Source of the DNA: an uncultured Alphaproteobacteria bacterium
GTDB lineage: Bacteria > Pseudomonadota > Alphaproteobacteria > Rhizobiales > Xanthobacteraceae
NCBI GenBank assembly: GCA_963696255.1
Contig: CAVOJN010000004.1
Coordinates: forward strand, 266,836-330,835
Length of the DNA: 64,000 nucleotides
Direction of reading: 5' to 3'
Shown: in pieces, positions 55,036 through 64,000 of the stretch
How the letters are laid out: every line of letters starts with the position of its first letter
Numbering within the stretch: position 1 is the stretch's first letter
Notes under the pieces: generated by a model
The model's database searches: none
Seen by the model: only the letters and a program-made list of their open reading frames with translations
What the model was told of the DNA's origin: nothing
Made by a program: the position numbers and the translations under genes

Positions 55036-56269
55036 ATGAACGAGCATGTGCAGACCACCGCACGCCGAGCCGCTGTTCAACCCGCTGTCGCCGGAGTTCA
55101 TCCGCAATCCCTATCCGCATTATGCGCGGATGCGGACTGCGGACCCTGTTCATCTCAGCGTCCATGGCTCGTATGTGGCAAGCCGTCATGCTGAAGTGAG
55201 CCTCGTGATGCGCGACAAGCGTTTCGGCAAGGACTATGTCGATCGCACGATTCGCCGCTACGGTCCCAAGATCATGGACGAGCCGATCTTCCGCAGCATG
55301 AGCCACTGGATGCTGCAGCAGGATCCGCCCGATCACACCCGCCTGCGCGGACTCGTGGTGAAGGCCTTCACCGCGCGCCGCGTCGAGGACATGCGGCCCC
55401 GCATCCAGGCGGTCGTCGACCAGACCATCGACGCCGTCATCGAGAAGGGCCACATGGACCTGATCGAGGATTTCGCCTTCCGCCTGCCGGTCACCATCAT
55501 CTGCGACATGCTCGGCATTCCCGAGGAGCACCGCGAGGTCTTCTACAAGGGGTCGCGCGACGGCGGACGCATTCTCGATCCGGTGCCGCTGACGCCGGAG
55601 GAGATCGCGCAAGCCAATATGAGCAACGCGATGGCCAGGATGTATTTCGAGCAGCTGTTCGAGATGCGCCGCCGCAATCCCGGCGACGACCTGACGACGC
55701 AACTCGTGCAGGCCGAGGAGGCCGGCGACAAGCTCTCGAACGAGGAGCTGACCGCCAACATCATCCTGCTGTTCGGTGCGGGTCACGAGACGACCGTCAA
55801 CCTGATCGGCAACGGGCTGCTGGCGCTGCACCAGAATCCCGATCAGCTCGCGCTCCTGAAGGCCAATCCGTTGCTGATCTCCAACGCCATCGAGGAGTTC
55901 CTGCGCTACGACTCCTCGGTGCAATTGACCGGGCGGGTGACGCTCGAGGAGATCGAGGATCTCGGCGGCAAGCGCATCCCGAAAGGCGAAACCGTGCTGT
56001 GCCTGCTCGGCTCCGCCAACCGCGACCCCGCAGCCTATCCCGATCGGCCGGACCAGCTCGACATCACGCGGCCGAACATCAGGCCGCTCTCCTTCGGCGG
56101 CGGCATCCATCATTGCCTGGGCGCCCAGCTGGCGCGGATCGAGGCGGAGATCGCGATTTCCACCCTGCTGCGCCGGCTGCCCGACCTCAGGCTGGACGAT
56201 GCCCGGAATCCGGAATGGCGGCCGACCTTCGTGCTGCGCGGCCTGAAGCGGCTGCCGGCAAGCTGGTAA
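55036..56269 (+). CDS. Cytochrome P450 (CYP107/BioI-like); probable +1 near 55063
   Basis: AGGAGG RBS before ATG 55036; DPPDHTRLR, AGHETT, EEFLR, SANRD, FGGGIHHCLG heme motif. Confidence 0.93.
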
Positions 56270-56398
56270 GAACGGCAGCGTCAAGCTGTCACTTTAGCTT
56301 GCTGTGACTTTCGCCATACTGTCTCTATATATGGCCTGCTCCGGCGACGAGGCGGCGGATGGGCCGCCTGCAGTGGAGCCTGCCCAAGAGGAGACCCC

Positions 56399-59300
56399 GT
56401 GCAGACGACCCTGCTCGGATTGGCGATTGCTTTCATCCTTGCGCTGATTGCCGCGCTGGTCGGGCCGCATTTCATCGACTGGAACCAGTTTCGGCCGCAG
56501 TTCGAGGCCGAAGCCGCCAAGGTGATCGGGGCTCCCGTGCGGGTGTCGGGCGCGCTCGATGCGCGGCTGTTGCCCTCGCCGAGCTTGCGCCTGCGCTCGG
56601 TCGTGCTCGGCGGGGCCAACGATCTCGGCAAGGTCCGCGCCGACAAGCTCGATGTCGAGTTCTCGCTCGGCGATCTGATGCGCGGCGATTGGCGAGCCAA
56701 CCAGCTCAACGTCGAGGGGCTCGCGGTCGATCTCGGCCTCGACCCGCAAGGCAGGGTCGACTGGCCGGTGTCGAACGGCAGCGCCAATCTCGCCTCGCTG
56801 GCGATCGACCGCCTCAATCTCACCGGCCGCATCGCGTTCCACGACGCGGCAAGCCGCCAAACGCTGGAGCTGAACGACATCGCCTTTTCCGGCGATGTGC
56901 GTTCGCTCGCGGGCTCGCTCCGCGGCGACGGCCACTTCTCGATCGATGGCACGCGCTATCCGTTCCGCGTCTCGTCCGGCCAGAGCGCCGATGGCAGCGG
57001 CACGCGCATTCACCTCGCCGTCGAGCCCGGGCAGCGCCCGCTCTCGATCGATGTCGACGGTCTGCTCAGCTTCGAGGCGCGCGCGCCGAAATTCGACGGC
57101 ATGCTGATGCTGGCCTCGCCGGCGCCGAAGAAGGGGGCGGAGAATGCCGCTGCCCCCTGGCGCATATCGGCTCGGGTGAAGACCGACCGCGCGGTGGCGC
57201 AACTCGAGCAGATCGAAGCGAGCTACGGCACCGAGGATCGAGCGATGAAACTCGCCGGCCTCGGCGATATCAGGTTCGGCGCTGTCCCGCAGCTCCGCGC
57301 AGTCCTTGCCGCGCGCCAGGTCGACGCCGACAAGTTCCTGGTCAAGGACGGCACCGCGAACGATGCCAAGGATACGACAAGGATGGCAACAAGGATGGCA
57401 ACAAGGACGCCAATGTGGCCGCGCCGGCGCGCGCAATGTCGGCGATGCTCGGCCTGATCGCGGAAATGCCACGCGCTCCGATCAGGACCCGGATCGAGGC
57501 GAGTACCGAACAGATCATGCTGGGCGGCCGGCCGTTGCAGAATGTGTCCGTCGCGCTTCGCGGCGATCCGGATTCCTGGGCGATCGACCGGCTCGATCTG
57601 CGCGCGCCCGGCACGACGCAGATCTCCTTCACCAGCCGCGCCGCGCGAGCCGCCTCAGCCTCCAATTTCGGAGGCACCCTCAATATCGACTCCGCCGATC
57701 CCGATACGCTCCTCGCCTGGATGCAGGGCCGCAACGACGTCGTTCGCCGCACCCAGAAGCCGCTGCGGCTCGTCGGCGATGTCAGCGTGGCCGAGGGCCG
57801 CATTTCGGTCGATGCGTTGAACGCCGAGATCGACGGCGGAACGATCGAAGGCCATGTCGCGCTGTCCGCGCCGCGTCCGCCGCGCGGTACGCGCCTCGAG
57901 GCCGCGTTGAAAGCCGAACGCCTCGACCTTGATGCGGCCGGCGCCTTCATACGTACGCTCGCCGGACCGGATGCGGGTTTACCGGATGAAGCTTCGATCT
58001 CGCTCGATATTGGCCGGGCGCTGTCGGCGGGGCAGGAGCTCAAACCGTTTGCGGCGAAATTCGCTTATGACCCGAAGACGATCACACTCGATCAACTGAA
58101 AATAGGAAAATCCGACGGCGTAACGGTGCAGGGCGAAGGCCGTTTGGATCGCGTCAATTTTCTGGGAAACCTGTCGCTTGAATTGACGACGGCGTCGCTG
58201 GGACAGTTGGCAAGCGCGATCGCGCCGCTTGCTCCGCCGGTGGCAGCACGCCTCGACGCCTTGCCGAACCGTTCGGAGCCGGCACGCGCGAAACTGAAAC
58301 TGGACCTCGCGAAGAGCAAGGCCGCGCCGTCAGCCAATGTGTCCGCGGCGGCGGAACTCGACTTCGACACACGCCAGCTCAAAGGGCACGTCAATGCGAC
58401 GGCCAATCCGCCGATCAATGCGCTCAGGGGCATCGATCTGGAGGCGCTTGCCCATAGCGAAGTGAATGTCGATACGAAACTCTCCGCGGAGCGTGGCGAC
58501 GTGCTGCTTGCCTTGCTGGGCCTCGATCGCGCCGTCGCCGCCGGTGAGGGCGCGGTCCAATTCGAGGCCTCGGCGCGTGGCGAGTGGCGCGAGCCCTGGC
58601 GGCTCGGCGTGAAGATGTGGGGCGCGGGCATCGATGCCGAAATGCAGGGGACGGCAGAGCCTTGCGCAAGCGCCCAGGGCCAATGTCAATCTGAAGGTTC
58701 GCAGCGTCAATCTCGCGCCGATGTTCGGCCTCAACCCCTCCGATCCTCTGGCACAGAATACGAGGCTGTTCGGGCGCCTGTCATTGGCCGGCAACAAACT
58801 GGTCTTCGACGACATCGACAGCGTCGCGGCCGGATCGCGCTTGCGCGGGCGTCTCGCCGTCGCGCTGGACGAGGAGAAGGCCGTCGACGGCGAGATCGGC
58901 CTCGACTCGCTCGAGGTCTCGCCGACTTTCGCGCTCGCGATCGGAGCGGCCGGCCGTGATGCGGCCGAGCCGCTCGCCAATGGACTGATGAAGGGCTGGC
59001 GCGGCCGTATCGCCTTCCAGGCGTTGCGCGGCGGACTCCCCGGCGGCGGCGAATTGCGGCCGCTGAGCGGCACGGTCAAGAGTGACGGCCAGTCGCTCAC
59101 GTTCGACGGGCTCAAGGGCAAGCTCGGCGGCGGTGAGGCGAGCGCCACCATCGACGTGCGGCCGGATCCCAACGGCATCGCGGTCAATTCGCGCGTCGAC
59201 CTTGCCGGCGTCGACGACAGCGCGCTGCATTATCGCGGCCTGAGGATGCCCGCCGGCCGCACCTCCTTGCAGATGACCCTGATGAGCCGCGGCCGCAGCG

Positions 59301-60106
59301 TCGCGGCGCTTACAGGCGCGTTGTCGGGCAGCGGCACCGTCACGCTGGAGTCGGCCAGTATTCCCGGCCTCGATCCGCGCGCCTTCGAGGTCGCGGTCCG
59401 TGCCAGCGACGCCGGGCAGGTCACCGATGAGAACAGATTGAAGCAGATCGTCGCGCCGGTTCTGGCGGCCGGGCACCTGCCGGTTGCGACCGCGCAAATT
59501 CCCTTCAACATCCGCGATGGCAGGGTGCGGTTCGATGCCACGACGCTTGATGCCGGCAACGCTCGCCTGATCGTTTCCGGCGGCTTCGATATTCCGGCGG
59601 ACCAGGCCGACGTCCGCGCCAGTCTTGCCGTCAATACGATCGGCTCGACGAGCAGCCGCCCCGAAATTCAGTTGTTTGCCGCAGGCTCTCCCGACGCGCT
59701 CAATCCGGTTCTCGACGTCACCTCGCTGTCGTCCTGGCTTGCGGTGCGCACCATCGATCGCGAGACGCGGCGGCTCGATGCCATCGAACGCGGCGAGCCG
59801 CCGCCGGTGGAGTCACCGTCATTTCCGCCCTCGACGGTGGCATTGCCGTCGCCGGCGATGCCGAACACGCTGCGGCCCGGCCAGCCGATCGAGGCGCCGC
59901 TGCCCGGCCACGAGCCGCGCCGTCTGCCGCCCAAGGCCGTCGCGCCGCATGCCAGCCCGCCGGCACCGGCCTCATCGCCCGTGGTCGGCCAGCAGGCCGC
60001 GCCCTTGCCGCCGCCGGTCGAAGTGCGGCCACCGCCGGGGTCACCTCCCGCAAAGCCCAAGCCGCCGCCGCACCCGCCGCTGGTGCTGACGCCGTCGAAC
60101 CCGTGA
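56399..60106 (+). CDS. AsmA-family protein; frameshifts near 57375 and 58665
   Basis: N-terminal TM then P.FIDW..FR..FE, RLLPSP; long beta-rich body; Pro-rich tail; short 12-bp tandem repeat near 57377-57410. Confidence 0.82.
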
Positions 60107-60169
60107 GCGATCATTGCTTGAGATCACGGGGCGCGAGCCTATGCTGACGCGAGGTCGGGGAATAACCGC

Positions 60170-61108
60170 ATGATGACATTGCGACAGGTCGAGGTGATCC
60201 GCGCCGTCATGGTGACCGGCACCATCGGAGGCGCGGCAAAACTGCTCAACGTCTCGGCGCCGGGCATCAGCAGGCTCGTCAAATATACCGAACGCTCGCT
60301 CGGCATCCGCTTCTTTCAGCGGCAGAACGGTCGCTACTTTCCGACCTCGGAGGCTCAAAACATCTTCGAGCAGATCAACGGCGTCTACAAGAAGGTCGAG
60401 GATCTTTCAGGCATCATCTCGAAAATCGGTCATGGCGCGCTGTCGGAATTGCGCGTCGGCTCGGTGCCGAGCATTTCGCAGGTGATGGTGCCGCGCGCGA
60501 TCGAGCGCGTCCGCCGCCGCTATCCGGATCTCGGCATTGACATCAACATCCTCAAGATCGAGGAGGCGATCGATTATCTGTTGCTGGGCAAGGGCGAGTG
60601 CGTGGCCATGAGCTACCGGCTCGATCATTCCGGTCTCGAATTCATGCCGCTGGCCTCGGGCGAATTGTTCTGCATCGTTCCGCCCAACCACCCGCTCGCC
60701 GGACGCAAGCAGGTCACCGCCGCGGAGATGACGCGCTATCCGTTGATCGGCATCGACCCCAACGATCCCTACGGCCGGATCATGGCCGGGATATTTGCGC
60801 GCAACAAGCTCAGCTACGACATCACGATCAAGGCGCGGTTCGGCACCACGGTTTGCGCGCTGGTCAAGGCCGGGCTCGGCATCGCCGTCATCGACCAGTT
60901 CACCGTCGCGCATGGTGGTTATCCCGGCGTCGAGCTGCTGCGCATCGCGGAGCCCACGCGATTCGAGACCTATGTCGCGGTAAAGCGGGGCGCCTCGCTG
61001 TCGCTGCATGTCGAATATTTCATCGACACTCTGCGTTCGGAAATGCGGGCGCTCGAACCGCGCGAGACGGCCGCAAAGAGCGCCGCTTCACGCGGACGAA
61101 GAAAATAA
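60170..61108 (+). CDS. LysR-family regulator
   Basis: TLRQVE...GTIGGAAKLLNVSAPGISR...LG..FFQR; LVKAGLGIAV. Confidence 0.93.
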   Translation: MMTLRQVEVIRAVMVTGTIGGAAKLLNVSAPGISRLVKYTERSLGIRFFQRQNGRYFPTSEAQNIFEQINGVYKKVEDLSGIISKIGHGALSELRVGSVPSISQVMVPRAIERVRRRYPDLGIDINILKIEEAIDYLLLGKGECVAMSYRLDHSGLEFMPLASGELFCIVPPNHPLAGRKQVTAAEMTRYPLIGIDPNDPYGRIMAGIFARNKLSYDITIKARFGTTVCALVKAGLGIAVIDQFTVAHGGYPGVELLRIAEPTRFETYVAVKRGASLSLHVEYFIDTLRSEMRALEPRETAAKSAASRGRRK

Positions 61109-61118
61109 CATCATGTTA
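61106..61118. promoter_or_regulatory. Putative LysR box (T-N11-A dyad)
   Basis: TAACA-TCA-TGTTA overlapping the lysR stop codon, in an AT-rich stretch upstream of the dehydrogenase operon. Confidence 0.55.
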
Positions 61119-61236
61119 CGTTAGTGTGATAAGAGGGTAATTGTGTTAGATGGGGGAAACGCTATCGTTTGCGGCACTCTCATGTTTCCCTGCGCACAGA
61201 CGCGGGGACGTTGACCGACGAGAACCGATAGCAGCC

Positions 61237-62112
61237 GTGCCGAAACGTCAGCCTTCCAACCGCGTTCTGACCGGATTGATCGGAGCGCCCATCGCCCATT
61301 CCGCATCGCCTGCGATGCACGAGGAGGCGGCCGAAGCGCTCGGTCTGCGTTGTCATTATCAATTGATCGAGGTCGCGGGCGCCGATCGCGCCGCGCTGCT
61401 GGCGATGCTCGACGGCGTGCGGCGCCTCGGCTTTGCCGGTGTCAACGTGACCTTCCCTTACAAGGAGGCGGTGGTCGAACTGCTCGACGAACTCGCGCCG
61501 GGCGCCGCCGCGATGCGGGCGGTCAACACGGTGGTCGTTCGCGATGGCAAGCTGATCGGTCACAACACCGACACCACGGGATTTGCGCGCTCGATTGCCG
61601 GTCTCGCGGCCGAAACCGGCGCCGGCAAGGCCGTGGCCGTGATCGGCGCGGGCGGTGTCGGCAAGGCGATCGCCTTTGCGCTGGCGAGCCTCGGCGTGCC
61701 CGTCCGCATTTTCGACACCGAGCGGGCCAAGGCTGATGCGCTCGCGAAGCTGCTGAGCGGCCACAAGGGCATAGTCGTGGCCGAGAGCGTCGAAACTGCG
61801 CTGGATGGCGCGGCCGGCCTCGTCAACGGGACGCCGGTCGGCATGCTGCCCAACCGCAGCATGCCCGTGGCGGAAGCGCTGCTGCATGCGGGGCTGTGGG
61901 TTGCCGACGCCGTCTATTCGCCCCTGTTCACGCCGCTGTTGCTGGCGGCCAAGGCGAAGGGCGCGCGTATCATGACCGGGCGGGAACTGGCGATCTGCCA
62001 GGCCGCCGATGCTTTCGAACTGTTCACGGGGCTTGCGCCGTCCGTGGCGGTGATGGGAAATGCTTTCGATCGTGTGATGGCCGCCCGGCGCGACGCTTCA
62101 TACGCTGCCTGA
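61237..62112 (+). CDS. Shikimate/quinate 5-dehydrogenase (AroE family)
   Basis: IG.PIAHSASP.MH, G.NVTFPYKE, AVNT, GHNTD, GAGG, NGTPVGM, DAVYSP; start uncertain. Confidence 0.9.
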   Translation: MPKRQPSNRVLTGLIGAPIAHSASPAMHEEAAEALGLRCHYQLIEVAGADRAALLAMLDGVRRLGFAGVNVTFPYKEAVVELLDELAPGAAAMRAVNTVVVRDGKLIGHNTDTTGFARSIAGLAAETGAGKAVAVIGAGGVGKAIAFALASLGVPVRIFDTERAKADALAKLLSGHKGIVVAESVETALDGAAGLVNGTPVGMLPNRSMPVAEALLHAGLWVADAVYSPLFTPLLLAAKAKGARIMTGRELAICQAADAFELFTGLAPSVAVMGNAFDRVMAARRDASYAA

Positions 62113-62158
62113 CAAGGCGGCCCGGACGAGCCGCCCGATATCTCAAGGGAGGAGACAT

Positions 62159-63287
62159 ATGAAGCCATTCATTCTGGCCGGCGCGATGCTGGCGCTCATC
62201 TGCGGCGGCGCGAGTGCGCAGTCGATCAAGCTCGCCGATGTCGCGGAACTGTCCGGCGGTGGCGCTACCGTCGGCACCAACTGGAAGAATGGCATCGACC
62301 TCGCCGTCGAGGAGATCAATGCCAAGGGCGGCATTCTCGGCCACAAGATCGAAGTGGGCCACGCCGACTCGCAGTCCAACCCCGGCATCGCCCGTGCGCA
62401 GGTGCAGAAGGCGTTGGACGGCGAACCCTATGTGCTGCTCGGGCCCGGCTATTCCGGATCGGTGAAGGTGACGGCGCCGCTGGCTGCCGAAGCCGGGATC
62501 ACCGAGATCATGGGCGGCGAGGCGGCCGAACTGACCCAGGCCGGCAACAAGTTCATTTTCCGGACCTCGTTCGGCCAGCAATCCTCGATGCCGAAGGTGG
62601 CGAAATACATCAACGACGAGTTGAAGGCGAAGTCGGTCGCGGTGGTCTGGGTCAACAATGATTTCGGCCGCGGCGGGCGCGACGTCATCAACAAGGAATT
62701 CGCCCGGCTCGGCATCAAGGTCGCCGCCGATATCTCGACGGAAGCCGGTCAGGCCGATTTCGCGGCCGACGTCGCCAAGGTCAAGGCGGCCGCGCCGGAG
62801 GCCGTCTTCATCTATCTCAACGAGGAAGAGAGCGCGCGCATCCTGAAGGAACTGAAGCGCCAGGGCGTGACCGCGCCGCTGATCGGCGAGACCACGCTGG
62901 TCGGCCAGAAGGTGATCGAGCTTGCAGGCGATGCCGCCAACGGCGCGCGCGGGCATGTCGGCCTCACCACGGATGCGCCGGTCGAGCTGATCAAGGCGTT
63001 CCGCGACAAGTTCGCGAAGAAGTACAACTATGTGCCCGATCACAACGGCATCAAGGGTTATCTCTCGGTCTACATGGTCAAGGCCGCGACCGAGAAGATG
63101 GGCAAGCTCGATTTCGAAGAATATCGCCAACACGCTGCATGGCATGACCATCAAGGCCTCCGACGAGCCCGGCATGCTGATGGACGTAACCTTCGATGAA
63201 AATGGCGACATCGATCGCCAAGGTTTCCTGGTCGAGGTGGTCGAAGGCAAGCAGGTGATCAAGCAGGTGCTGCCGAAATTGAAGTAG
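62159..63287 (+). CDS. HAAT-type ABC substrate-binding protein; +1 frameshift near 63115
   Basis: Signal peptide, ELSGGGA, EINAKGGILG, FRTS, NNDFG. Confidence 0.87.
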
Positions 63288-63338
63288 CTCTTCGGCGCGT
63301 GCGCGCGGGACTTCGACCGCGCGCCCAGGGAGACGGGC

Positions 63339-64000
63339 ATGTCCGATCTGCTGGATCTGATGGTGGCGGGGCTTGCGACCGGCGCGATCTATGCGCTGGT
63401 GGCGGTCGGCTTCACGCTGCTCTGGCAGACCTCGCAGACCATCAACTTCGCGCAGGGCGAGTTCGTGATGCTTCCGGCCTTCTTCATGCTGGCGGCCATG
63501 CATGCGGGCGCGCCCTTCTGGCTCGCAATCCTCATCGGCATCGGGCTCTCGATGATCCTGCTCGGGCTCGGCTTCAAGCTGTTGCTGGTCGATCCGATGC
63601 TGCGCCATGGCGTGCTGCCGCTCGCGATCGCGACCATGGCGCTTGCGATCGGGATCAAGGAGGCGGTGAAACAGTTCTTCAGCGCGGAGGCCTCGCCGTT
63701 TCCCTCCGTCGTGCCCGCAGGCGAAGTCTCGATCCTGGGCCGCGCGGTGTCGCTGCAGAGCCTGGGGGTTCTCGCCTTGGCCATCCTTGCCGTCATCGGC
63801 CTCACCGCGCTCCTCAACCGCACCTCACTCGGCCGGCAGATGCAGGCGGTGGCGCAGAACCCGAATGTCGCGCGCATCATCGGCATTCCCGTGGAGCGGA
63901 TGATCCTGCTGACGTTCCTGATCAACGCCGTCCTGGTCGCGGTCGCCTCGGTTTTGATCACGCCGATCTATCTCGCGAAATTCTCCAGCGGCGAGGTGCT
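63339..64000 (+). CDS. LivH-type ABC permease (3'-truncated by the window edge)
   Basis: MSDLLDLMVAGLATGAIYALVAVGFTLLWQTSQTINFAQGEFVML. Confidence 0.87.
   Translation, partial: MSDLLDLMVAGLATGAIYALVAVGFTLLWQTSQTINFAQGEFVMLPAFFMLAAMHAGAPFWLAILIGIGLSMILLGLGFKLLLVDPMLRHGVLPLAIATMALAIGIKEAVKQFFSAEASPFPSVVPAGEVSILGRAVSLQSLGVLALAILAVIGLTALLNRTSLGRQMQAVAQNPNVARIIGIPVERMILLTFLINAVLVAVASVLITPIYLAKFSSGEV

Overview
GC-rich chromosomal window from an alphaproteobacterium, most likely Bradyrhizobium or a close relative (gene order, protein sequences and repeat families). It starts with the end of the dcw cluster (ftsA-ftsZ-lpxC-bamD-recN-ligA). Housekeeping and accessory genes follow: Bcr/CflA MFS, aminopeptidase P, prmA, an orphan Flp pilin, an L,D-transpeptidase, a UvrD/PcrA helicase, a small accessory block with an extradiol dioxygenase, two Spy/LTXXQ paralogs, ABC/TRAP transporters, a TetR-P450 pair, AsmA and a LysR-shikimate dehydrogenase-ABC locus. 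Many genes carry single-base frameshifts, mostly +1, which look like consensus errors rather than decay. The most striking signal is a family of CGTC/TGTC-tagged palindromic REP-like doublets with covarying inner hairpins. Two copies bracket a small AT-richer GIY-YIG nuclease gene between recN and ligA, forming a 471-bp cassette with perfect 15-bp terminal inverted repeats. This is a REPtron-like architecture with a GIY-YIG enzyme instead of a RAYT transposase. Another copy sits inside the uvrD coding sequence as an apparent peptide insertion. All family assignments come from motif recognition by eye; no searches were run.
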